A stretch of DNA of 64,000 nt from Candidatus Bruticola sp. (GTDB taxonomy: Bacteria > Vulcanimicrobiota > Xenobia > Xenobiales > Xenobiaceae), in NCBI GenBank assembly GCA_051874695.1, contig JBJEGC010000015.1, positions 119,800 to 183,799 of the forward strand, in the 5' to 3' direction. Numbering within the stretch: position 1 is the first letter of the stretch; every line of letters begins with the position of its first letter. Positions 49,495 through 58,631 of the stretch are shown here, one piece after another. The notes under the pieces were generated by a model that did no database searches, had not been told where the DNA came from, and worked only from the letters and a program-made list of their open reading frames with translations. The translations under genes and the position numbers were made by a program.

Positions 49495-50655
49495 TTATTT
49501 GCCTTTCTCAACTTTTGGAGCCGCTTCGGAATCTGAAGAAGCTGAAGCCCCCGATTTCATAATTTCTAATGCGTATAAAGTGAGGAGACTATGGTAATCG
49601 ACACGCAAGCGATCTACATTTTGTTCCATCCAAGCCAGTTGCCTGTCATTAAGCAGTTCCCCGATATCTTTGCGTATTGTATTCTCTCGCTTTTTGTCCA
49701 GATCAGCCAATTCACGCAACAAAGGAGCGACTGCCGCCCTCTGCCCTGCACTCATTTTCAGAGTTTCTACATCTTCCATCTTGACAATCATACTGGCTAT
49801 ATCTTGAATCTGGAAATCGACAAACTTGTGAGAATAAGTTTCACGCGCTTTGAGTAAACCGGCTCCACGAGCAAGAACTTCCAGAGCCTTAGCTACTACA
49901 GGCTGATAGCCGGATTTTTCTCCGGACTTATAACCGATTAAATTGGGTTCTCCGCGGTGAGAACGGGCCCATTTAATCTGTTCGTCTGTAAAATAACTCA
50001 TCAATTCGTTAATCAGTCGATTAGTTTTATCAATATCCTGTTCTAATCCGCTTAAAATTTTAGTACCTTCGCTAATTTGGGCCTTACTTAAACGCAACTC
50101 CGGATCAGGACAACGGTAAAAGTAAATAAAACCCGAAAGTACCTGAGTACCATATGCCTGGGCCCTCTTAACAGGAAGGGGCTTCGGATTGTCCTGCTTG
50201 GGATATACTGGCGTAATCTCTTTAGTATCAGAAGGGCCTATTGATTGGCTTCCGGGCACCACGGCCGGAGGAGACGGTACCCCGACCGGAGGTTTTAACT
50301 GAAGAGAACTATTACTTACCTGTTCTGAAGGAGGCGGCGGAGCATCGGCAACAATAACCGGCTCAGGTTGGTTGGGAACGCCGCTCTGCAGTAGACCTGG
50401 ACCTCTGCTGCTTTCCCCTTTACCCAAGTTATCTAGAGCACCGCTGTAAATAACCAGGTTGAAAGCGACTAACAAGACTACAAATACTATACCTGCAATG
50501 TTGGCAGGGGTCCAAAAGGTACTATTCTCAGTATCGCTCTCTTCGGAAGAGCCTTCCTTGACCTCGGTTTCCAACTTTTCTTTGTGCTCGACAGACTCAG
50601 ACTGCTCTTCTCTATGCCGTTCAGAAGACAGATTATTTTCACTCTGCATTTCCAT
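49495..50655 (-). CDS. Membrane-anchored hypothetical protein with a Pro-rich linker
   Basis: N-terminal acidic segment, one TM (IAGIVFVVLLVAFNLVIY), Pro-rich region, alpha-helical C-terminal domain. Confidence 0.45.
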   Translation of the reverse strand: MEMQSENNLSSERHREEQSESVEHKEKLETEVKEGSSEESDTENSTFWTPANIAGIVFVVLLVAFNLVIYSGALDNLGKGESSRGPGLLQSGVPNQPEPVIVADAPPPPSEQVSNSSLQLKPPVGVPSPPAVVPGSQSIGPSDTKEITPVYPKQDNPKPLPVKRAQAYGTQVLSGFIYFYRCPDPELRLSKAQISEGTKILSGLEQDIDKTNRLINELMSYFTDEQIKWARSHRGEPNLIGYKSGEKSGYQPVVAKALEVLARGAGLLKARETYSHKFVDFQIQDIASMIVKMEDVETLKMSAGQRAAVAPLLRELADLDKKRENTIRKDIGELLNDRQLAWMEQNVDRLRVDYHSLLTLYALEIMKSGASASSDSEAAPKVEKGK

Positions 50656-50658
50656 GTT

Positions 50659-52092
50659 TTAATCCTCTCTTGTAGTCGGAGCAGACAACTTAGACTGTTC
50701 TCGGCGGACACCCAGAAAAGTAGTGAATTCCAGAATCAGGGCCTCTCCTCCCCTCTCAAAGCCTAAACGCGATTTTGGATTGGTTAAGTCGTCTTCTATA
50801 GCTTTTATCTGCTCATCACTAAGCAGATTAATTAATTCAGCCTGTACCTCAGGATACCGTTCATAAGTTTCATGCTTATTAATGCTACTTATACAAGCGA
50901 TAATTTCAGCCTCAAGCCTACCGACAATTTCTACCTGTTCATCAGTAAGGCGCACTTTCTCGTTAGGCTCTAAAACGCGCATAATACCCAAGATAGCCTG
51001 ACGAAGCGGAATTTCTGCTCCTCCAGATACAGGAACTGTTATTGAAGCTTCATCGGTAACATGAGCAGGCGTGCTCAATAAACTAGTTAAATCTAATTCA
51101 AAGCCGGCATCGCTAATATGATAAGCTAACAGAGAGTCAAAACTGCGCATAACACTGTGACTGTTCAGCTTTAAAGACAAGACTGAATGCTCCCACAATA
51201 ATTCGAGCAAACGTTCCTGTTGTTTATCTGTCAACACTGAACGAACTTGCGCCTCCAAAATGGGGAAATAGGTAGAGCTGACCTTGGCAAAGTCTATAGC
51301 CAGTGTAGATCGGAGTGGTTCTTCCATAGCCCTTAAAAGAATTGCCTGTTTCCTATTGATGGCACATTCAGGATCGCTTTCCAGCAAAATCACTCCAACC
51401 AGCCAATGCAGCATACGAAGCTGACTAACTCTTTCACGCATTGGTGAAAGCCCGTAGTTGGTAAAATCGTTGCGCATACCGGCGTCTTGACAAAGATCGA
51501 CATAAAACTCAGTCAAAAACCTGGTCAGCTGCTCATCAGAATTAGCCAAACGATTATTTACATAAAGTTTATAAATAGCGGCCTGCTGATTGGGACGAAG
51601 CAGAGACCAAAGATAATTTTTCAAACAATCAGGCATAGACTTGCCCAGAGCAAAAGCGGAATTCGCAGATTTTGATTCAGCCGAACTCGCTGAGCTTGTA
51701 CGACTGGTACCTATTTGACCGCTCTCAACAAGCTGACGCGCCAAAGGTAGAACCGTAGCTATTTTAGCAGCCTGTTCGGCGTCACAGAGTAAGTCCGGAT
51801 CTCCGCTTAAAGAGTACATACCCTCTAAAACTTGCGGAAGAGTTAGTTTCCAAGTTATCTCCGAAGCATAATCGTTGCTCTGCTTAGGCAGCACAGAAAC
51901 AGCATTAAGCGGGGACGCGACATGGCTGACAAAAATCCATAAAAGCAAAGACACCGCAGCTAAAGACGCAAACAAAAATGCGGCGGCCAACTGCCATAGA
52001 AACAATTTCTTTTCAGAGCGAGTCTTTAATTTTTCATTGTTAAATCCAGTATCTTCCATTTGTCCGCTCCGCAGTCTCTTCTGACTGCACAT
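50659..52092 (-). CDS. Membrane-anchored hypothetical protein; distantly similar C-terminal module to the 49495..50655 product
   Basis: Single N-terminal TM. Shared LSDEQIKAI / FTDEQIKWA module. Confidence 0.45.
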   Translation of the reverse strand: MCSQKRLRSGQMEDTGFNNEKLKTRSEKKLFLWQLAAAFLFASLAAVSLLLWIFVSHVASPLNAVSVLPKQSNDYASEITWKLTLPQVLEGMYSLSGDPDLLCDAEQAAKIATVLPLARQLVESGQIGTSRTSSASSAESKSANSAFALGKSMPDCLKNYLWSLLRPNQQAAIYKLYVNNRLANSDEQLTRFLTEFYVDLCQDAGMRNDFTNYGLSPMRERVSQLRMLHWLVGVILLESDPECAINRKQAILLRAMEEPLRSTLAIDFAKVSSTYFPILEAQVRSVLTDKQQERLLELLWEHSVLSLKLNSHSVMRSFDSLLAYHISDAGFELDLTSLLSTPAHVTDEASITVPVSGGAEIPLRQAILGIMRVLEPNEKVRLTDEQVEIVGRLEAEIIACISSINKHETYERYPEVQAELINLLSDEQIKAIEDDLTNPKSRLGFERGGEALILEFTTFLGVRREQSKLSAPTTRED

Positions 52093-52114
52093 TATTGTTG
52101 ACAGCCGTTCGAGC

Positions 52115-53920
52115 TTATCGGTTGGTTATGTTTTTCTCTTCTTCTGCCTGAGGAACGGCAAAAACAGCCATTCTGCTCCAAGCTATTTCTCTCTTATCCG
52201 GTGTGGGCCACCCCCAGCGTCCTTTCGATATAGGCTCAAAGTCATCAACTACAGGCATACCCAGAAGATTATACAACACCAAATAATCGCGAAAAAAAAC
52301 AGAGCCGCTCAAAGGTCCCGATTTCAGTTCGACATGGGCGCAGCCACGCTCGTGCAAGTTGATTAAACATATTCCTCTCTTGCGTAGCTCAGTCCAGGCC
52401 TCTTCTCTCATATTTTTGTCATTAAGCAATGCTGCGATTTCTTGCTTTTCATTAATACCACGTTTTCCTAACTTACAAAGCACTCGACAAAACTCGGCGT
52501 ATCCGGGCGGAGCTTGTTCAATTCCTGCCAGCAAATCGGAGCGACTAACCAACGGCATACCATGCTCAGACTGAGCGAAGAGATACAGAGGCTGATCAAC
52601 GAAAGGAAGCTCTAAAATTTTTTTATTTTTAAATTCCTCCAGACCAGACAATACACTGTAAATCGGAGCTAAATTGGAATTTAAACCTCCCAAGGGAGAG
52701 AACCTGCCCCATTCGAGCAGTAGACCAAACACAACCAGCATCATTGCAGCCACTGCAGTCGCCTTTTCGGGACTGCGCCTCAAAGAATTTTCCGGCACGG
52801 CACTTAATAAAATTGAAGAACCGAAAGCGAAAATTAAACCGCCGACGAGCAAACCGGCCTTACCTGTCAGCGAAAGCAGCAGGAAAACTAGAAAAATCCC
52901 CACACCGATTTTGCCTCCCCGCACACTGTCATTAGAGGATATGGCCCAAGTAAACCCCCACCACATAACGAGTATACTGCCAACAGCCCAAAAAGTACGA
53001 GGATTATGTCCTGTCCACCTTAAAGAAAGTGACGGGCAAGAAGCAAAAATCAGATAAAAAGACAAAGCAGTCAATATTGCTGCTATCCATATATAATCTC
53101 GACGGAGCGAAACTATCTCCCGTTGCGAGACATAAACTACCCCAAAAATTGCTCCCCATATTGCCAATAGCAGCAAGGCATAATATCCGCAAAAAAAAGC
53201 GGAAACGGTTAGCACAAGACTTAGCTGCAACCAGCTTACGGATTGACGGCGCCACATTTTTATAGCCAGAGTAACGCCGACAGCCAACCCGGCCAGCCAA
53301 GCCCACCCCCAGTTCAGTGCCTGCAACGCTGAAAGAGTCAAAGGGTTGAACATGAAAACCAGCGTCCCCACCGCTACTCCGGGACCACTGCGTTCCAAAG
53401 TTTTCAGCAACCAAACAGCGGCACCTCCACTGCTAAAAAGCACCCCTACAATGAAGACAACATTTGTCCAGCGCCTCCCTAAAATATTCAGCGCAGGGCC
53501 CATCAACAGGTTATTAACCCAAGGACTGCCGCGATGGGTGTACCAATAATAGAAGTCGCTGTCTTGGCGTTCAAAAGTAGCGAATTGTTTGAATTCCCCC
53601 ACTTTGGGAGCCCCAACGCGTTCCCCACTTAACACATAGAAAATTTTCCTTTTCAGACCGCCGACCTGACCGACGGCCTGGCAGCGCTTTTGGCAGATAC
53701 TTTGCTGCCAGTAAGCAACTTCTGCGAAACGACCTCCCGGCAAATCGTACATGGAACTTATATTGCCGCGAAAGAACAAAATAGTTGCCAATATTGCAAA
53801 ACCTAAGAGCAGCAATCCACCCGTGCCCCACACCTTATTCCCCGCGCAATAGTCAATACGGCTGTCTGCTGCCAGTAAAGCATCGATACTTTCCCGACGC
53901 CAATATCTAATTTTCTCCAT
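52115..53920 (-). CDS. Polytopic membrane protein with a C-terminal soluble domain (GT-C-like glycosyltransferase candidate)
   Basis: 601 aa, 10 or more TM. Paralogous to the 54092..55984 product (NLLMGPALNILG...AAVWLL vs DQLNALTTACLS...GAWLLARL). Confidence 0.5.
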   Translation of the reverse strand: MEKIRYWRRESIDALLAADSRIDYCAGNKVWGTGGLLLLGFAILATILFFRGNISSMYDLPGGRFAEVAYWQQSICQKRCQAVGQVGGLKRKIFYVLSGERVGAPKVGEFKQFATFERQDSDFYYWYTHRGSPWVNNLLMGPALNILGRRWTNVVFIVGVLFSSGGAAVWLLKTLERSGPGVAVGTLVFMFNPLTLSALQALNWGWAWLAGLAVGVTLAIKMWRRQSVSWLQLSLVLTVSAFFCGYYALLLLAIWGAIFGVVYVSQREIVSLRRDYIWIAAILTALSFYLIFASCPSLSLRWTGHNPRTFWAVGSILVMWWGFTWAISSNDSVRGGKIGVGIFLVFLLLSLTGKAGLLVGGLIFAFGSSILLSAVPENSLRRSPEKATAVAAMMLVVFGLLLEWGRFSPLGGLNSNLAPIYSVLSGLEEFKNKKILELPFVDQPLYLFAQSEHGMPLVSRSDLLAGIEQAPPGYAEFCRVLCKLGKRGINEKQEIAALLNDKNMREEAWTELRKRGICLINLHERGCAHVELKSGPLSGSVFFRDYLVLYNLLGMPVVDDFEPISKGRWGWPTPDKREIAWSRMAVFAVPQAEEEKNITNR

Positions 53921-54091
53921 AAATCGGCACTTTCAGCAACGAATTTGCAAGCCATACCGAGGCGAAGGCTGCCAAAGGCCTTCTTGTTGTTCAAATAAAG
54001 TTTATTCCTGCTTGTCAATAGAAAATTCAGCCTATAAACAATAAAAAATATGGTATACTGAGGCCCAAAATGACAACCGCCGAGGCTCATC

Positions 54092-55984
54092 TTGCTCTCT
54101 TCCCAATCCCAACAAAATTTAAAAAAATTCAGTGTCTGTCCGAACTGGCGCGAATTTATCAGCATATCTGTATTGTTCTTAATGCTAATTTGCGCCTGGA
54201 CCGGATCTTCACTTATGAACGTACAAAAAGGAGAGGAGCCGACCACAGTACGTTCTTGTTTGACTCAGCGTCTGTTGGGGCACCCTTATTCAGACTTATG
54301 GAAACATATTTGGGGAGCCTGGTGGACTGGTGAAGAGCTTAAGCAAGGGCGTTGGCCTTCCCAAACGAATTTACAGAATTTTCCTAAGGGCGGCAAACTA
54401 TATGTAATTGACCAGCTAAACGCCCTAACAACGGCTTGTTTGAGCCATTTTTTTGGTTTGGTTGCAGCTTTTAACCTGACTCAAATCTTCAAACTCTATA
54501 TGTCATGTCTGGGCGCTTGGTTATTAGCCCGTCTGATCTCTCAAGATAGTTGGAGCGCGACGGCTGCAGGAACAATTTACGGCTTATGTCCATTTATTTT
54601 AACCAGCGGCTTAACTAGCGCCATATGTGAAACGACCAACCTAGAGTGGCTGCCACTAAGCCTAATCGGCATAATTGTCTGTTTAAAATCGAGGCGCACC
54701 AACATAGCAGCCATAGTATTTACCTCGGCGACCCTGGCACTTAGTGCTTTGGGGTCGTGGTATTACGCCGAAGCCTGCCTGATAAGCGCCGCCGTAATAG
54801 TCATATGGGCCGCTGCAGATAAAAGTATTCCCATTCTGGACGGCTCCGAAGCAGAGAAGCCGATTAAAAACTCCGGCGACGCAAAGTCTACCAAGTTTCA
54901 AGCGAACTGGTTCAATGTAGCCTTGGCCTGTATGTTATCTCTTGTTTTAGCCGCCCCTATGACCTTCCTTTTTGCCGATAGTTTAAGCGGCCAAGATTCA
55001 TTGCTGGCAAAAATAGACATAACCAACAGACAACAGGCAGATAATCTTAAATTTTTCCATAAAGAGGGAGACTTCCACAATAACGCCAGTTTAGCCGGTT
55101 ATTTCCTACCTGGCAAAGGGCAAGTTTCTATATCTCAAGACGTAGATTTGCGCTGCAAAAGTACCTATATAGGCTGGATTGCCCTCGTTTTAGCCTCAAT
55201 AGGTCTGTGGCAAAATAAAAAAATAGGCCGTTTCTGGATGATACTGGGACTTTTTTCCTTGTTTATATCATCAGGACCTTATTTAGTTTATTTCGGCAGC
55301 AAATCTTTTGAGAACCCCATAAACATATTCTATTGGATAACCTATAATTTCGTACCGGGTTTTAAAATGGCGGTAATTACCGACCGTTTTTCTATAATAG
55401 TGCAGTTAAGCATAGCCGTACTGGCAGCTTTAGGTCTGAAATATATCTGCTCAAAGATACAATTTAGCCGATTTTTAGCTGTTACAGTAGTAATATTGCT
55501 AATAAATACAGAAATTGCTATGTTGTCTCCAGTACCTTTTCCTCTGCCCTCTTCGTCGGCCTCTCAACCCCCTCAGAGTTTGTACCTGGCCGCTCAGCCC
55601 GGAGACGAAGGGGTTATACTGCTGCCTTTATCCAGGCCGGACAGCCATCTGCAACCCGGAGAATATTATTACTGGCAAACTTGCCATCACAAACCTATGG
55701 CTCTCTCTCTAACTACGCGTATCCACCCCTATTTGATGACCAACCTGCTTGTCAGCACTCTGTTCCTCTGCGAAGATCCTCAATACGGTGAAATCACCTC
55801 AGGAAAAATATTTGCTTCCGACATAGAAGCACTGCGGAAGGACGGCTTCGGTTGGATTTGCGTCAACGACCAGCTCATGGAAGAAAAGGCTGCTGCTAAA
55901 GCCAACAAAATTCTCACCGAACTGTTGGGGAAACCTCAGGAATTTACCAATAAAAGCAAAGTGTACACCATCGGCAAAACTTAA
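54092..55984 (+). CDS. Polytopic membrane protein, paralog of the 52115..53920 product, divergently transcribed
   Basis: 630 aa, 12 or more TM. Shares conserved blocks with its divergent neighbour. Confidence 0.5.
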   Translation: MLSSQSQQNLKKFSVCPNWREFISISVLFLMLICAWTGSSLMNVQKGEEPTTVRSCLTQRLLGHPYSDLWKHIWGAWWTGEELKQGRWPSQTNLQNFPKGGKLYVIDQLNALTTACLSHFFGLVAAFNLTQIFKLYMSCLGAWLLARLISQDSWSATAAGTIYGLCPFILTSGLTSAICETTNLEWLPLSLIGIIVCLKSRRTNIAAIVFTSATLALSALGSWYYAEACLISAAVIVIWAAADKSIPILDGSEAEKPIKNSGDAKSTKFQANWFNVALACMLSLVLAAPMTFLFADSLSGQDSLLAKIDITNRQQADNLKFFHKEGDFHNNASLAGYFLPGKGQVSISQDVDLRCKSTYIGWIALVLASIGLWQNKKIGRFWMILGLFSLFISSGPYLVYFGSKSFENPINIFYWITYNFVPGFKMAVITDRFSIIVQLSIAVLAALGLKYICSKIQFSRFLAVTVVILLINTEIAMLSPVPFPLPSSSASQPPQSLYLAAQPGDEGVILLPLSRPDSHLQPGEYYYWQTCHHKPMALSLTTRIHPYLMTNLLVSTLFLCEDPQYGEITSGKIFASDIEALRKDGFGWICVNDQLMEEKAAAKANKILTELLGKPQEFTNKSKVYTIGKT

Positions 55985-56002
55985 TTTGCCATTTAAACAA
56001 CT

Positions 56003-56036
56003 TTAGCCCAAAAACTAACAAGGTTTTTGGGCTAAA
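56003..56036. terminator. Bidirectional intrinsic terminator
   Basis: TTAGCCCAAAAACtaacaagGTTTTTGGGCTAA between convergent genes. Confidence 0.75.
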
Positions 56037-56062
56037 GTTCATGCACCAAATTTTTGGGGCAG

Positions 56063-56578
56063 TTATACATCCAATTCAGTAGAATCAGCTTCGTTATCGG
56101 AAGTCTCTCCGCTTTCCGACTCAAGGTGGGCGGCTTTAAATTCTTCCGCCTTAGACCACGACTCCAAGAAATCGCCTACAATATCTTGATAGCGTTCATC
56201 TTCCATAATAGTCCGCACTATTTTATCTTTCATTTGGGGATACCCGCGACTGAGTTCTAAACGCCCTCCAAACGCTTCCCTCAGCGCTGAATCAACCAGA
56301 GCCGAAACAGAATCATAGAAAAAAGCATCAGACTGAGGATTTAACTTGGAAAGCTGCCCCACGGCGTCGGCTAAAAAGCGTTCCTGCGGAGTTTGCGGAG
56401 CACTAGTTCCAGCTCCCATAGCCTCCTGAGCTTCAGCGGCTTCCGAAGACAAAGAAACATTGTCCGCAGCTTCAGCGGCAGATGTTTTAGAAATGCCCGA
56501 CTGTTTGAGCATTTTCTTCTGCATGCCCAAAATATTGCTGCAGAATGAAGCTAAAATGCCAGTATGCAACGGATCCAA
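56063..56578 (-). CDS. Acidic hypothetical protein, divergent from the flagellar operon
   Basis: 171 aa, Ala/Glu/Ser-rich. No motif recognised. Confidence 0.4.
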   Translation of the reverse strand: MDPLHTGILASFCSNILGMQKKMLKQSGISKTSAAEAADNVSLSSEAAEAQEAMGAGTSAPQTPQERFLADAVGQLSKLNPQSDAFFYDSVSALVDSALREAFGGRLELSRGYPQMKDKIVRTIMEDERYQDIVGDFLESWSKAEEFKAAHLESESGETSDNEADSTELDV

Positions 56579-57195
56579 AAGAATAAAACCTCACAAAATT
56601 ATAAATATTCGCCTTCTATTTTCTGCTCCGGCCAAGCCCACTCAAGAGGGCCCTGCAAATAAAAGACGCGCAGATCAACCAGTTTATTCCTTAAGACAAA
56701 GAGAAAAAAACAAATATATATCAAACAAGATAGGCATTCTTTAATGTGAGCAAGATATTCTCCTGTTATGCTCAATAAAGAAAAGAACTGCGCGGCAGGA
56801 TTCTCGTATATTAACTAGTCCCCCTGCCTAACAAACTATTCACTATGTTGCGTTACCTTCTCACAAGCGGTCGTCCATCTCCACAGCCAATTTTTGTCTC
56901 TAAAAACAAAAAAGGAAAGCTCAGCAGGCCCCTAGAATTTTTTTCGTGGCTTTCTGCCTATTTTAGAAAGATAGAGCTGTGTACATCATTTTCTGAAAAT
57001 GACGAAGCAGATCCAATCGAAATAGAACAATATTTCGGTTGTACCATACTTCGGGAACGCTTGTTTACAATTTATCAATATTTAAACAAACTATCAGCAA
57101 TAGCTCCCTTCTATGATGGTAGGAAGAAAAAGAAGTTAATTTTTCCGCTAAATCCGCTCCTGGCGGACAACCGGAACAGGGAGGAGAATACACCG

Positions 57196-57609
57196 ATGAA
57201 GCCAGTAAAGTTAGTTGACACCAATTTGCTTGAGAGAGCACTGGACGCCGCCTCTTTACGTCAGCAGGTCATCTCCAGTAACATAGCTAATGTCAATACA
57301 GAGGGATACGATTCCCAGCGGGTAGTTTTCGAAAGCCATCTCAAAGAAGTCATGGCCATGGAGCAGGAAGACGAAACTGGCGAGTTAACAGCTAACACAG
57401 CTGTAGATCCGGAATTCCGCCTCGGTTCCAGCGGCGGTTACACTGCCGATACCTTGAAAGCCACAGTTGAATCTGTTGGAGGCCCTCTCGACATTAACCA
57501 AGAGATGAGCAACCTCGCCAAGAACCAAATTATGTACAATGCCTTAGCCTCGAAAATTTCAGGCGTCTACGGCACCTTAAAGTATGTAATCGACAACTCT
57601 GGTCGCTAG
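57196..57609 (+). CDS. flgB: Flagellar basal-body rod protein FlgB (start at MKPVKL; the ORF-track start at 56845 is rejected)
   Basis: SD gaggag 10 nt upstream of the ATG at 57196. LRQQVISSNIANVNTEGYDSQRVVFE and C-terminal NQIMYNALASKISGVYGTLKYVI match the FlgB rod family. Confidence 0.8.
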   Translation: MKPVKLVDTNLLERALDAASLRQQVISSNIANVNTEGYDSQRVVFESHLKEVMAMEQEDETGELTANTAVDPEFRLGSSGGYTADTLKATVESVGGPLDINQEMSNLAKNQIMYNALASKISGVYGTLKYVIDNSGR

Positions 57610-57645
57610 TTTAAGCCCTAAATTCAAGGTAGGAGGAAATACATA

Positions 57646-58107
57646 ATGAATTTTTTCAATACATTTGATATAGCATCCAGCGGTATGACTGCCCAGCGCA
57701 AAATGATGGATGTCACCGCAGCTAATATTGCCAACGTCAACACCACCGAAACTGCCGATGGCACCCCCTTCCGTCGCATGGTTGCCGTAGTCACTCAGAA
57801 GCAGATTGGCGACTTCGAAAATGAATTCCAAGCTTGCTCCTTCGACGACGAAGCTCCCCAGGTGGCTCAGGGCGTAGAGGTTTCCGGTGTTCAGGCCGAC
57901 AATTCCGATTTCCGCTGGGTGTACGATCCTTCTAACCCCAAAGCCCAGACCAGCGGCGAGCACAAAGGCTATGTGGCCATGCCTAACATTAACGTCATCT
58001 CCGAAATGACCAACATGATGATGGCCAGCCGTGCGTTCGAAGCCAACGCTACCATTTTGGAAGCTTCCAAGTCCATGGCCAGCAAGGCCCTCGAAATTGG
58101 CAAGTAG
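57646..58107 (+). CDS. flgC: Flagellar basal-body rod protein FlgC
   Basis: MNFFNTFDIASSGMTAQRKMMDVTAANIANVNTT and C-terminal YVAMPNINVISEMTNMMMASRAFEANATIL. SD aggagg present. Confidence 0.9.
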   Translation: MNFFNTFDIASSGMTAQRKMMDVTAANIANVNTTETADGTPFRRMVAVVTQKQIGDFENEFQACSFDDEAPQVAQGVEVSGVQADNSDFRWVYDPSNPKAQTSGEHKGYVAMPNINVISEMTNMMMASRAFEANATILEASKSMASKALEIGK

Positions 58108-58147
58108 TTTCTAGCCGCTCTTTTCAACGTTTTGAGGAGGTTATAAT

Positions 58148-58501
58148 ATGCAGTTTTCTTCCATTCAGGGAATCGGCGGTCTGACCCAGGCCCCCCAAAT
58201 GAACTCCGTAAGTTCCACCAATTCCATTCAGGGCATTTCTACCAGCCTGCCTTCCGTCAGCGCTCCTTCCGAAGCCGATGCCAAGTCCTTCTCCAACATG
58301 CTCGGAGACGCTCTTTCCAACGTCAACACTACCATGACTGAAGCTCAAGAGTGCACCAGCAAATTGCTCGACGGCAGCTTAAATAATCTTCACGAAATGT
58401 CTATAGCCGGTGCTAAGTCTGAGGTAATGCTCCATTTGACCACCCAGATCGCCTCTAAACTTTGCTCCTCCGCTACCACTTTATTCCAAATGCAGTTATA
58501 A
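58148..58501 (+). CDS. fliE: Flagellar hook-basal body protein FliE
   Basis: 117 aa. FSNMLGDALSNVNTTMTEAQ and C-terminal EVMLHLTTQIASKL...LFQMQL match the FliE pattern. SD gaggagg present. Confidence 0.8.
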   Translation: MQFSSIQGIGGLTQAPQMNSVSSTNSIQGISTSLPSVSAPSEADAKSFSNMLGDALSNVNTTMTEAQECTSKLLDGSLNNLHEMSIAGAKSEVMLHLTTQIASKLCSSATTLFQMQL

Positions 58502-58631
58502 TCCAAGTATACTGTAGGGAATTATTCGGAAGCGGCGTTCCCTCTGCAAGGAGGAAACGCCGTTGTGGCTTATAAATGAAGTCACGGGGGAATATCGAAT
58601 TTTATCCCCACTGTAGGAAGGAGAAACAACT

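Noticed and set aside
56845-57195. 117-aa N-terminal extension of flgB in the ORF track
   Set aside because: FlgB homology begins at MKPVKL (57196), which has a strong SD. The upstream in-frame region is low-complexity and AT-rich and is more likely a promoter/leader.
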